Shown in pieces: positions 1-9,501 of a stretch of 64,000 bases of DNA. This DNA is from an uncultured Gemmatimonadales bacterium. GTDB taxonomy: Bacteria > Gemmatimonadota > Gemmatimonadetes > Gemmatimonadales > Gemmatimonadaceae. The DNA is taken from contig OY969695.1 in the NCBI GenBank assembly GCA_963701965.1, positions 2,336,001 through 2,400,000 of the forward strand, in the 5' to 3' direction. The translations under genes and the position numbers were made by a program. Below the pieces are notes generated by a model that saw only the letters and a list, made by a program, of their open reading frames with translations, was not told where the DNA came from and made no database searches. Each line of letters begins with the position of its first letter. Position 1 is the first letter of the stretch.

Positions 1-3000
1 TCGCGACGGTGCATCTGAGCGACGACTCGCTGTGGTTCCGCGATGCGCGGCTGGCCATGCCGGGATCGACCATCGGGGTCGGCGGGCGATATGGGCTCAA
101 GACCGAGGATCTGGACGTCACGGCGCAGGCCCGGCCGGCGGCGCTGGCGGCCCTCCGGTTTGCCTACCCGGCGTTGCCGAGCCAAGGCACGGTCGCGGCG
201 GGCGTCGTCGTGCGTTGGCGGGGCAAGTCGCAGGATTACACCGTGAGCGGCCTCGACCTGCGTACGGGCGCGGCGCGCGCGGCGGGACATGTCGGCTTGC
301 ACATGGGGGATTCGCTGGCGCTGGTGGGCACCCGTCTGACGTTCTCGGGGATCGACACCCGGCTCATCCATCAGGTCGTGCCCGGGGTCAAGATTCCGCG
401 CCAAGGCGTGTTCTCGGGTAGCGCCGCGATCAATGGTAGTCTCCGCCACACGAAGCTCGACGCCGATATCGGCTTCGACGATGCGCGCGCGGGCCCGAGT
501 CGCCTCGTCGCGCTCGGCGCCGTTGGCATCGACAGCACGAAGAACGGTCGGGTGGTCAGTGCGGAGGATCTCACGCTGACGCTGGATCAGGTCCGCGTCG
601 CGCTGGCGCGCACGTTCGTCAAAACGCTGCCCATCGGGGGGGCGCTCTCCGGCAACGTGCATCTCGACGGATCCACCGTCACGGAGCTGACGGCGGACGC
701 CGATCTGACGCATGTCATGCGGGGGCAACGGTCACACGTGACCGCGAACGCCAGCGCGGAGTTCAGCGGGCGGCCGCGCAATCATCCGTGGATCGATGTG
801 AGCGCGGTAGCCGACCCCGTGTCGCTCGTCGTCGCCGGGCGCTTCGCGCCGGCGGCCGATCTCCGCGGCAGCGTCTCCGGCGTGACGCGCGTCACCGGCG
901 ATCTCGGCGACCTGACGGTCCACTCGCGTCTCGTCGTCGCCGGCACCCCTCCGCGCCGCCGCCTCCCCGACACCCTCGTCGTCGTCGCCCCCGCCCCGGC
1001 GCCGCCGGTCACCGCTCCTGCCGCGCCACGCGATACCGCACCGGCAGCACCGGCAGCACCGGCAGCACCGGCAGCGCCAGGAGCGCCAGCAGCACCCACG
1101 CCCGCAGCGCCCGCGCCCGCAGCGCCCGCAGCGCCCGCAGCGCCCGCAGCGCCTGCGCCCGCCGCCGCGGGCGCGGACACGACGCACCGCGCGGGAGTGT
1201 CACTCCAACAGGCTTTGGCAGCGGGAGCGGTCACGAGCGAAGAAGTCCGGAGCGGTGTCCTACGGCCAACGCCTCCTCCGGTCCCGGGACCGCCGCCGGG
1301 CCGCGCCGGCCGCGAGCGCCTGTCGCTCTACCCGGGCCGCCTCGGCGCGACACCGAGCCCGGACAGCGTCCGCGCACGCGAAGCGCCGCGCGCGGACACA
1401 GCGGGCCTGGTGACGCTCGATGGCCACCTCGACCTCGCGTCGCCCGAGCGCGCGTATGACCTCCATCTGCGGGCGTCGTTGCTAGACGCACAGCTGGTCA
1501 CGTCCAAGGCGCCAGCGACGTCGGTGACGGCCACGGCCGCGATATTCGGCCACGGCACCGCACTGCCCACGATGGACGCGCACCTCGCCGCGGATGTGGC
1601 CACGTCGGTCTTCGACAGCATCGCGATCGACACGCTGACACTTCGCGCAAGCCTCGCCAACGGCGTGCTCCAGATCGACACGGCCCACGCCCGGCTACCG
1701 GGTTCAGCGGCGGATATCGCGGGCAACATCGGCCTGGTGGCCGGCCGCACCGGACGCCTCACGTACCGCGTGGCTCTCGACTCGTTGTCCACGCTCCGCC
1801 GCTTCTTCCCAGCCGACACCGGCATGCTGCGCCCAGGCCCCGGCCGGCTGGCCGAGGCCTACGCGCGCGCCCTCGGCGACACGCTGGGCACGGGGCGCCC
1901 GTTCGAGCTCCAACAGGCGATCGACACGATGGCCATGCGCCGCGACGTCTTGAGCGGCCATATCCGCGCCGCCGGCGTCGTCACCGGCTCGATCCAACGC
2001 TTCGATGTCCGCGGCCGCGCCGCCGCCACCGACATCATCGCGATGGAAAAAACCGTACGCCGGATGCGCGCCGAGTACTCCTGGCTCGGCGCACCCAGCC
2101 TGACGTCCCCGATCATCGCCGGCATTCAACTCGACACGATAGCCGCCGGCAGCTTCTCGCTCGACAGCATCGACGCCCGTATCGTCTATCACAAACCCGA
2201 CGGCCATCTGATCCTGCTGGTCCGCCAACGCGGCATTCCGTCGACGCCGGGCGGCCCCCCCACGCACGACCAGGAATACACGGCGGACGTCGGGTTCGGC
2301 CTCAAGCTCGACGAGCACGAGCTCCGCCTGCACTCGCTGGCCCTGACGTTCGACACCACGACGTGGACGTCACCGCCCGCCCCCGCCCAGCCGGGCCTCG
2401 TGCAGTGGAGCGACAAACGCATCGACGTGCACAACGTGGCCTTGAGCAACGGCCGCGGCGGCTCGATCGCCGTCGAGGCCGCCCTGCCCAAATCGGGCCC
2501 GCTCTCGGCCCACCTGGCCGTCCAGCACCTGGAGGCCGGCGACCTCGTCGCGCTGGCCGAGAGCAAGCTGATCGCCCGCGGCGACGTCACGCTCGACGCC
2601 GAGCTGTCGGGCACCGCGGAGTCGCCGCGGTTCACCGGCAACGCGACGATCGCCAACGGCACGTACGACGGACACATCGTGCCCGACGTGCGCTCGACAT
2701 TCAGCTACGACGGCACCACGCTGACCGGGCACGGCGAGCTCGCCACCAACGTCGGCCCAACCCCGGGCGTCGTGTTCGCGGCCGCTGACGGCCACGTGCC
2801 GATCGATCTCGGCTTCAACCATCCGGACAGCGTCTCGCGGCTCCCGAGCGACGGCCCGCTGTCCCTCGACATCAACTCCGACAGCCTGCCGCTGGAGCTG
2901 ACACCCGAGGTCGTCTCCACCGTCAGCGACGTGCAGGGACGTGCGGCGGTGCACCTCGCCGTCCGCGGCACGATCAAGAATCCGCAGCCCCGCGGCGCCG

Positions 3001-4382
3001 TCACCCTCGAGGGCGGTACCGTTCTGATCGTTCCCCTCGGCATTCGCTTGACGAAAGCCGCCGCCAACATCCGCGTGACGCCGGACTCGATCGTCGTCGA
3101 TTCGCTGGTGGCCACGAGCCAAGGGCATCTCCGGATGGCCGGCTCGGTCGACCTCTCCCAACGGGACGCGCTGCCGGCCGACCTCGTGCTCACCGGACAG
3201 GACGTCCGCGTGATCAATACGAAGGAGCGCGGCTGGGCGGTCGTCGACGACTCACTGGAGCTGTCGGGGCCGTTGACCGCGTTCAACTTCTCCGGTCCCG
3301 CGGTGCACGCGGTTCTCGGCGGACGCGTACACATCACCGATGGCGTGTTCTACGCCCCCGATGTCGGGCAGCGGACGCCGATCGATCTCATCGATCCGGT
3401 CGTCGCCAAGGTCGCCGATACGACGGACCGCGCCACGCAGAACGCGATCCCCCACCCGAACCAGCTGCTGAGCCGCCTGCTCATGGACGTCGAGCTGGAA
3501 GTCGATCCGCAGGTATGGGTGCGAAACAAGGACGCCAATGTCGAGATCTATACCGACGGCCCGGTCACGATGCGCATCGAGAGTCGGCGCCGCAACCTGG
3601 TGATGGACGGGCTGGTCGCCACCGAACGCGGGCAATACACGTTCATGAGCAAGCGATTCCAGATCACGAAAGGGACGGCCAACTTCGTCGGATCGAGCGA
3701 TCTCAATCCGTCGGTGCAAGCCACCGCCGTGTATCCGGTCAGCGTGCCGGGCCGCGAACCCATCAACATCCAGATCAACATCGGCGGCACGGCGCTCACC
3801 CCGACGGTGGCGCTCACCAGCGACGCCCAACCGCCGTTGTCGCAGTCGGACCTGATCTCGTACCTGGCGTTCGGCACGTCGTCGTCGTCGCTGCTCCCGC
3901 AAAGCAGCGGCGGGGGCGGGGGCGCCGGCACCGCGTCCAGCGGCCTGCCGATCGGTGAAGCGGGCCAGTACGTTCAGCAACAGCTGGCCAGCGTCGCCCT
4001 CGGGACGCTCACGCAGCAGGTGCAGGGCGACATCGCGCGCTCGCTCGACGCCAATGTCTTCAACATCACGAACAACACCGGCACGCCGCTGGAGTTGTCG
4101 CAAGCCGGCGTTACGAATTTTCTGGCGTCGACGCGGATCGAGTTCGGGAAGTATTGGACACCGCAGACTTACGTCGCGCTCAATGCCTCGCTTGCGGGCT
4201 GGAGCACGAGTCCCCCCGGCGTCTTGGTCCAACACCGCTTCGGCCTCCGGACGTCGGTCCAGGCGACGTACCAGCCGTACTATCTGCTCCAGCAGCCGAC
4301 CCTACTGCCCCTGACCGCGGGCCAGGGGTTCTTCCCCACGCAGGTGTTCGGTCTCTTCTTGCTCCGGGAGTGGCGATTCTAG
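1..4382 (+). CDS. tamB: Translocation and assembly module TamB (DUF490) family protein, 5' end outside window
   Basis: More than 1450 aa of beta-rich repeats. The C-terminal DUF490-like region has G.Y.F..K.F.I..G, LTSDAQPPLSQSDLISYLAFG and GKYWTP, and ends in ...REWRF. Confidence 0.85.
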   Translation, partial: ATVHLSDDSLWFRDARLAMPGSTIGVGGRYGLKTEDLDVTAQARPAALAALRFAYPALPSQGTVAAGVVVRWRGKSQDYTVSGLDLRTGAARAAGHVGLHMGDSLALVGTRLTFSGIDTRLIHQVVPGVKIPRQGVFSGSAAINGSLRHTKLDADIGFDDARAGPSRLVALGAVGIDSTKNGRVVSAEDLTLTLDQVRVALARTFVKTLPIGGALSGNVHLDGSTVTELTADADLTHVMRGQRSHVTANASAEFSGRPRNHPWIDVSAVADPVSLVVAGRFAPAADLRGSVSGVTRVTGDLGDLTVHSRLVVAGTPPRRRLPDTLVVVAPAPAPPVTAPAAPRDTAPAAPAAPAAPAAPGAPAAPTPAAPAPAAPAAPAAPAAPAPAAAGADTTHRAGVSLQQALAAGAVTSEEVRSGVLRPTPPPVPGPPPGRAGRERLSLYPGRLGATPSPDSVRAREAPRADTAGLVTLDGHLDLASPERAYDLHLRASLLDAQLVTSKAPATSVTATAAIFGHGTALPTMDAHLAADVATSVFDSIAIDTLTLRASLANGVLQIDTAHARLPGSAADIAGNIGLVAGRTGRLTYRVALDSLSTLRRFFPADTGMLRPGPGRLAEAYARALGDTLGTGRPFELQQAIDTMAMRRDVLSGHIRAAGVVTGSIQRFDVRGRAAATDIIAMEKTVRRMRAEYSWLGAPSLTSPIIAGIQLDTIAAGSFSLDSIDARIVYHKPDGHLILLVRQRGIPSTPGGPPTHDQEYTADVGFGLKLDEHELRLHSLALTFDTTTWTSPPAPAQPGLVQWSDKRIDVHNVALSNGRGGSIAVEAALPKSGPLSAHLAVQHLEAGDLVALAESKLIARGDVTLDAELSGTAESPRFTGNATIANGTYDGHIVPDVRSTFSYDGTTLTGHGELATNVGPTPGVVFAAADGHVPIDLGFNHPDSVSRLPSDGPLSLDINSDSLPLELTPEVVSTVSDVQGRAAVHLAVRGTIKNPQPRGAVTLEGGTVLIVPLGIRLTKAAANIRVTPDSIVVDSLVATSQGHLRMAGSVDLSQRDALPADLVLTGQDVRVINTKERGWAVVDDSLELSGPLTAFNFSGPAVHAVLGGRVHITDGVFYAPDVGQRTPIDLIDPVVAKVADTTDRATQNAIPHPNQLLSRLLMDVELEVDPQVWVRNKDANVEIYTDGPVTMRIESRRRNLVMDGLVATERGQYTFMSKRFQITKGTANFVGSSDLNPSVQATAVYPVSVPGREPINIQINIGGTALTPTVALTSDAQPPLSQSDLISYLAFGTSSSSLLPQSSGGGGGAGTASSGLPIGEAGQYVQQQLASVALGTLTQQVQGDIARSLDANVFNITNNTGTPLELSQAGVTNFLASTRIEFGKYWTPQTYVALNASLAGWSTSPPGVLVQHRFGLRTSVQATYQPYYLLQQPTLLPLTAGQGFFPTQVFGLFLLREWRF
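1038..1148 (+). repeat. In-frame 9-bp tandem repeats encoding a Pro/Ala linker
   Basis: GCACCGGCA x4 (1038-1073) and GCGCCCGCA x4 (1113-1148), encoding (APA)n. Confidence 0.9.
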
Positions 4383-4423
4383 GTGCGGGCGTATGATCGC
4401 CAGCGTTGAGCATGGAGCCCAGC

Positions 4424-4483
4424 ATTGCGCATACTAAACGCAGTGTTTAGTATAGCGCAATTGTGAAGCCTCTACTAAACGCA
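4424..4483. promoter_or_regulatory. Inverted repeat / putative operator upstream of the fic gene
   Basis: ATTGCGC-ATACTAAAC-gcagt-GTTTAGTAT-a-GCGCAAT (4424-4461). TACTAAACGCA recurs at 4473-4483. Confidence 0.6.
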
Positions 4484-5668
4484 CCAGCTAACAAAGAAGC
4501 TGGCGGACTCGGAGCGGGACGAGCTGGTCGCTACGTGCGACAGCCACAGGGCTATCGGGCTTTCATCCCGGCTCCTTTGCCACCCGTGCCGCCCCTCCGG
4601 ATCGATGGCGATCTCCAACATCTTCTCTCTGAAGCCGATCGGGCGCTCGGTCGACTAGATGGTTCGGTGCAGACCTTGCCGAACCCGAACCTTTTTGTCT
4701 ACATGTACGTCCGCAAGGAAGCCGTTCTCTCGAGCCAGATCGAAGGAACGCAGAGCTCCTTGCAGGATCTGCTCGCCGCCGAAGCCCATGTTCTGGGCGA
4801 ACGCAGCCCGCGCGATGTCGACGAAGTCGTCAACTATGTCCGCGCCATGAAAACGGGCCTGACTCGACTGGACGAGCTGCCCGTGTCGGTTCGCCTCATC
4901 CGGGAGATTCACGCCGAATTGCTGAAGGGAGTGCGCGGGTCGCGACTCACGCCCGGGGAACTGCGACGCACCCAGAACTGGATTGGTCCCGGCGGCTGCA
5001 CTCTTACCGATGCCACTTTTGTCCCGCCGCCACCAGGGGACGTACCCGAAGCGCTCGGCGCGCTCGAGCATTTTCTCCACGAAAAAGACAAACTGCCGCT
5101 GCTCGTTCAGGTAGGCTTGGCGCATTCCCAGTTCGAGACGATCCATCCATTCCTCGACGGAAACGGTCGCATAGGACGCCTGCTGATCACTTTCCTATTG
5201 TGCGAACGCGGCGCCTTGAGCAAACCGGTGCTCTACATCTCGCATTATTTCAAGCAGCATCGGCAGACGTATTACGAGTTGCTGCAAGCCGTGCGAGATT
5301 CGGGCGACTTCGAGGGATGGCTGAAATTTTTCCTCGAGGGTGTGGCCCAGGTGAGCATTCAGGCGGCCGCCACCGCACGCCGAATCCTCGAGTTGCGAGA
5401 AACACATCGCCGCGAAATCACCGCTCACATGGGTCGGGCGGCCGGCAATGGTCACCGTGTGCTGGAGCGGCTGTACGAGCAGCCCATCATGAGTGTGAAC
5501 GACGTGCAAGACCTGCTGAAGACGACATTCGCCGGCGCCAACGCCATTGTCCGACGGCTGGTCAATCTTGGCGTGCTGCGCGAGTTCACCGGACAGGCAC
5601 GGCACCGTCGCTTTCGATACGACGCCTACGTGCGCTTGTTCGAGGACGAGACGGACGCGGCGCCCTGA
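4463..5668 (+). CDS. Fic family protein (AMPylase-type) with C-terminal HTH-like region
   Basis: Canonical HPFLDGNGRIGR motif and an N-terminal SSQIEG inhibitory-type motif. Confidence 0.92.
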   Translation: MKPLLNAPANKEAGGLGAGRAGRYVRQPQGYRAFIPAPLPPVPPLRIDGDLQHLLSEADRALGRLDGSVQTLPNPNLFVYMYVRKEAVLSSQIEGTQSSLQDLLAAEAHVLGERSPRDVDEVVNYVRAMKTGLTRLDELPVSVRLIREIHAELLKGVRGSRLTPGELRRTQNWIGPGGCTLTDATFVPPPPGDVPEALGALEHFLHEKDKLPLLVQVGLAHSQFETIHPFLDGNGRIGRLLITFLLCERGALSKPVLYISHYFKQHRQTYYELLQAVRDSGDFEGWLKFFLEGVAQVSIQAAATARRILELRETHRREITAHMGRAAGNGHRVLERLYEQPIMSVNDVQDLLKTTFAGANAIVRRLVNLGVLREFTGQARHRRFRYDAYVRLFEDETDAAP

Positions 5669-5688
5669 CGTCGCGCGACGGTCGAGCA

Positions 5689-6111
5689 CTACCCGCGGCT
5701 GATCTGCTCAATGAGCTCGGCCGCGCGGGCCAAGGTCGCGCGGTCGGCAGCGGGGAGGGACGCCAGGCGCGTGGCCAGGGCAGCGACGCGGCGGGCGCGG
5801 CCGGCGGTGAGGACGCGCTGGCCCTTGACGGTGCCGCTCACCCGCGTAACCCGGGCATCGGCCGGATCTGCCGCGCGCCGGACGAGCCCATCAGCCTCCA
5901 ACGCATCCACCACGCGCGTGATGGTCGGCGGCCGGACCCCCTCGGCCGACGCCAATGCGCCGAGGGTCAGGGGCCCGCCGAACACGATCACCGAGAGCGC
6001 CGAGAGCCGCGGCGCGGTCAGCCCGGACGCGGCATCCTCCCGCCGCACCCACCGCAACAAATGAATGGCGGCCGAATGCAGGCGATCCGCCACATCGCTG
6101 GCTTGCATCAT
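5689..6111 (-). CDS. MarR family transcriptional regulator
   Basis: LTAPRLSALSV...LGALASAEGVRPPTITRVVDALEADGLVRR..DPADAR winged helix. Confidence 0.9.
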   Translation of the reverse strand: MMQASDVADRLHSAAIHLLRWVRREDAASGLTAPRLSALSVIVFGGPLTLGALASAEGVRPPTITRVVDALEADGLVRRAADPADARVTRVSGTVKGQRVLTAGRARRVAALATRLASLPAADRATLARAAELIEQISRG

Positions 6112-6124
6112 GGTCGACTATCAG

Positions 6125-6137
6125 TTAGCCTAGCTAA
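6125..6137. promoter_or_regulatory. Putative MarR operator
   Basis: TTAGC-CTA-GCTAA palindrome in the AT-rich divergent intergenic region between marR and the VOC gene. Confidence 0.5.
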
Positions 6138-6183
6138 ATAAACACCCACCCACTGGCCGGAAACCTACACCTCGAGCGTCTCG

Positions 6184-6570
6184 ATGACCACGGATTTCGC
6201 CGCACCCAACCGCCTCGCCCAGGTCGCGATCCTGGTGCAGGACGTTGACCGCGCCGTGCGCTTTTACCGCGACACGCTCGGGCTCCGGTTTCTGTTCCAG
6301 CCCTCGCCGACGTTGGCCTTCTTTGATTTGGGCGGCACCCGTCTCATGCTCGACCGCCCCACCGAATCGGTGCCCGGGATCGGCACATCGATCTTGTACT
6401 ACGCGGTCGACGATATCAACGCCGCCTACGCGGCGCTCCTCTCACGCGGCGCGCGCTTCGAGGACAAGCCCCACATCGTCGCGCCGCTCGGCGACCGCGA
6501 CCTGTGGATGACGTTCCTGCGGGACAGCGAGGGCAATCTGCTGGCATTGTCCAGCGAAGTGCGGCGCTAA
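6184..6570 (+). CDS. VOC/glyoxalase family protein
   Basis: QVAILVQDVDRAVRFYRDTLGL ... FLRDSEGNLLAL. Confidence 0.9.
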   Translation: MTTDFAAPNRLAQVAILVQDVDRAVRFYRDTLGLRFLFQPSPTLAFFDLGGTRLMLDRPTESVPGIGTSILYYAVDDINAAYAALLSRGARFEDKPHIVAPLGDRDLWMTFLRDSEGNLLALSSEVRR

Positions 6571-7967
6571 CCGCGCGCCAACTCGTCCCACAGTGTGGCC
6601 ACGGCGCGCATGCCGCCCTCGAAGTTCTCGACGCTCATCCACTCGTCGGGCGCATGCGCGTTCTCGCCCGGCAGGCCGAACCCCAGCAGGAGGACCGGCG
6701 CGGCGAGGATCCGCGCGAAGTCATCGACCACCGGAATAGACCCTCCTTCCCCCTGGATGACCGGCTCCCGCCGAAACGCCGCCGCCAGCGCGCGTTTCGC
6801 CGCTTCGAAAAGCGGGCCCTTCATCTCGGCGCGCCACGGCCGCCCGCCGTGGAGATGCGTGACCTTGACCGCCACGCCCTTCGGCGCGACGCGCGCGATG
6901 TGCTGCTCGAGCAGCCGGCCGATGGCCTCCGGCTCCTGATCGGGCACCAGCCGGCAGCTGACCTTGGCCATGGCTTTCGATGGCAGCACGGTCTTGGCAC
7001 CCTCGCCGGTGTAGCCGCTCAACATCCCGTTGACCTCGCAGGTCGGCCGCGTCCAGAGTCGCTCCAGCGTCGTGTACCCGGCCTCGCCGCCCAGCGCCGG
7101 CGCGCCAACCTCGCGCCCAAAAGCCGACTCATCGAATGGCAACCGCCGGATGGCCTCGCGCGCGGCTGGGTCCCAGTCCCGGACCGCGTCGTAAAAGCCC
7201 GGGATGGCCACATGCCCGTTGGCATCGTGAAACGACGCGATGATGCGGGCCAGCGCCGTCGCCGGATTGATCACGGCACCGCCATACATGCCCGAGTGCA
7301 GATCCTGCGCCGGCCCCGAGACGTTGATCTCGAAATACGCCAGCCCGCGCAGCGAGGACACGATCGACGGTTGGCCCGGCGCGAACATCGACGAGTCGGA
7401 GATGACGACCGCATCGCAGCGCAGACGGGCCGCGTGCTCCTCGACGAACGCGGCCAGATGGTCGCTGCCGACTTCCTCCTCCCCCTCGGCCAGCACGATG
7501 AGATTCACCGGCAGGCGATTCCGGACGAACAGATGGGCCTCGATCGCTTTGACGTGCAAAAACAGCTGGCCTTTGTCGTCCACCGATCCGCGGGCGAACA
7601 GCTTGCCGTCCCGCACCGTCGGCTCGAACGGCGGCGACGTCCACAGGTCGAGCGGCTCCGGAGGCTGCACGTCGTAGTGCCCGTAGACGAGGATCGTCGG
7701 CCGCGACGGCCCCGCGCCGCGCCACTCGCCGAGGACGACGGGATGCCCGGGCGTCTCCATCACCTCGGTCGTGAGCCCGGCCGCGGTCATCGACGTGGCC
7801 AACCAGCGCGCCGCGCGCGCCGTGTCGGCGTTGTGTTCGGACTTCGCGCTGACGCTCGGGATGCGCAGGAAGTCGAATAGCTCGCGCTCGATACGGGCGC
7901 GATTGGCCGTGAAGAAGCCATCGAGATCGCGCGGGACGATGGCGGGGGTCGGAGACGTCGGAGGCAT
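6567..7967 (-). CDS. M20 family dipeptidase
   Basis: YGHYDVQP, ARGSVDDKGQ, EGEEEVGS, DLHSG and NAHAPDE motifs. Confidence 0.92.
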   Translation of the reverse strand: MPPTSPTPAIVPRDLDGFFTANRARIERELFDFLRIPSVSAKSEHNADTARAARWLATSMTAAGLTTEVMETPGHPVVLGEWRGAGPSRPTILVYGHYDVQPPEPLDLWTSPPFEPTVRDGKLFARGSVDDKGQLFLHVKAIEAHLFVRNRLPVNLIVLAEGEEEVGSDHLAAFVEEHAARLRCDAVVISDSSMFAPGQPSIVSSLRGLAYFEINVSGPAQDLHSGMYGGAVINPATALARIIASFHDANGHVAIPGFYDAVRDWDPAAREAIRRLPFDESAFGREVGAPALGGEAGYTTLERLWTRPTCEVNGMLSGYTGEGAKTVLPSKAMAKVSCRLVPDQEPEAIGRLLEQHIARVAPKGVAVKVTHLHGGRPWRAEMKGPLFEAAKRALAAAFRREPVIQGEGGSIPVVDDFARILAAPVLLLGFGLPGENAHAPDEWMSVENFEGGMRAVATLWDELARG

Positions 7968-7980
7968 GGTCGATCGATCC

Positions 7981-9501
7981 CTAATACGCCGCGTTGATCA
8001 CGGCGGTCGGAGTGGAGGAAGTATTGGCGGCCGGCGCGGGCACCGGCCAGCTCCCGCGCCATCCGGCGCACGTCCACACGCGCCGGTCGCCCAGTAGCTC
8101 GCCGCCACGCCTGAGCTCGACGGTCTCACCGCGCAGCATCGACGTGCAGTGCGGCAGCAAGCGCACGATCGCATCGGGCGTCGATCGCTCATCGTTGAGC
8201 ACGACGAGCAGCGTATCGCCAACCCGCGCCCGATCCGGGAAACGCGGCCAGAGATCGTATTGATTGGGCCGGCCGCCGATGTTGAGCGAGAACACGGTCG
8301 GGTGGTCATGCAGATGAAACGCCAACTCGGCGGCATCCTGATACCGGTTCGCGGCGATCCACGCCGAGCCGCCGCCCCGCGCGGCGCTGAGCTCCCACGC
8401 CAGGCCCGTCCAACCCGCGCCCTGCGCCGTCGGATCGCGGCGCGCGCTCACTGGGAGAAACGGCGCCACGACTTGGGCGTAGATCGTCAGGACCATGAGA
8501 CCGCCCAGGGCGAGTCCCGCCCACTCCCATCGGGCCATTTTGTCGCGGCGCGGCCACGCCGCCCAGACGATGGCGGCCGAGAGCACCGCGGGCGCGAGCC
8601 AGTTGGGCTCCACCGAACGGCGGAGCGCTGACCACGCGAAGAACGCGGTCACGAGCGCCGCGACCGCCGCCACCATGAACACCCGCGATGGCGTCCGCCG
8701 CCCGAGCCCGCGGGCCACGGCGAGAACCAGAGCCACGAACAAGATCGGGGACACCAAGCCGACCTGGCCGCCCAGGAGATTCAACTCGCGCGTCAAAGGA
8801 CCGCTCTTCCCCTTGGGCGCGAGACCGTGGGACAGTTGGAAACGAAACGACACCCAGTCGTGTCCGCTGTTCCACAGCACGACGGGCAGAAATACCGACG
8901 CAGCCAGGGCGACGGCGACCCACGGACCGGGGCGCCGCAACTCGGCGCGCAGATCGCTCCGCGCCAGGAGCGCCACGCCGACGGCGGCGCCCAGCAACGC
9001 CGCCGTGTACTTGGCGTCCAACGCGAGCCCGAGCAGGATTCCGGTGGCCGCCCACCAGGCGGGCGACGAGGTGTCGAGCGCGAAGTCGAGCGCGAGCAAC
9101 CCCAGCGCGAGCCCGGCCAGGAGTGGCACATCGGGTGTTGCCAGCACGAGCCCCGCTCCCGCCAGCGGCAACGCGGCCACGACGAGCGCCGCGCGAAGAG
9201 CCGCGCCGGCGCCGCCCAGCCGCCGCGCCAGGAGGACGGCGGCCACCGTCGCGACATACCCGACGGCGATGACCACGCACCGCACGCCGATCCTCGTATG
9301 GCCGGCGATCGCCGTCCCCGCGCGGATCAACAGCGCGATGAGCGGCGGATGGTCGAAGTACCCCGTCGCCAGGTGCCGCGACCAGTCCCAGTAGTACGCC
9401 TCGTCCGGCACGATGGGCATGAGCGCCGCCATCGCCAGGCGGGCCATCGCGGCCACGGTCACGATGCCGAGCGGCCACGCCAGGTCCGACCGGGCCCTCA
9501 C
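7981..9501 (-). CDS. Glycosyltransferase family 39/ArnT-like (GT-C) membrane protein
   Basis: PDEAYYWDWSRHLATGYFDHPPL, TPDVPLL and AKYTA motifs. Start placed at a GTG overlapping the upstream TGA; alternative ATG at 9522. Confidence 0.85.
   Translation of the reverse strand: MRARSDLAWPLGIVTVAAMARLAMAALMPIVPDEAYYWDWSRHLATGYFDHPPLIALLIRAGTAIAGHTRIGVRCVVIAVGYVATVAAVLLARRLGGAGAALRAALVVAALPLAGAGLVLATPDVPLLAGLALGLLALDFALDTSSPAWWAATGILLGLALDAKYTAALLGAAVGVALLARSDLRAELRRPGPWVAVALAASVFLPVVLWNSGHDWVSFRFQLSHGLAPKGKSGPLTRELNLLGGQVGLVSPILFVALVLAVARGLGRRTPSRVFMVAAVAALVTAFFAWSALRRSVEPNWLAPAVLSAAIVWAAWPRRDKMARWEWAGLALGGLMVLTIYAQVVAPFLPVSARRDPTAQGAGWTGLAWELSAARGGGSAWIAANRYQDAAELAFHLHDHPTVFSLNIGGRPNQYDLWPRFPDRARVGDTLLVVLNDERSTPDAIVRLLPHCTSMLRGETVELRRGGELLGDRRVWTCAGWRGSWPVPAPAANTSSTPTAVINAAY

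Noticed and set aside
1038..1148. Tandem repeats as a CRISPR array
   Set aside because: They are 9-bp in-frame coding repeats with no spacers and no cas genes.
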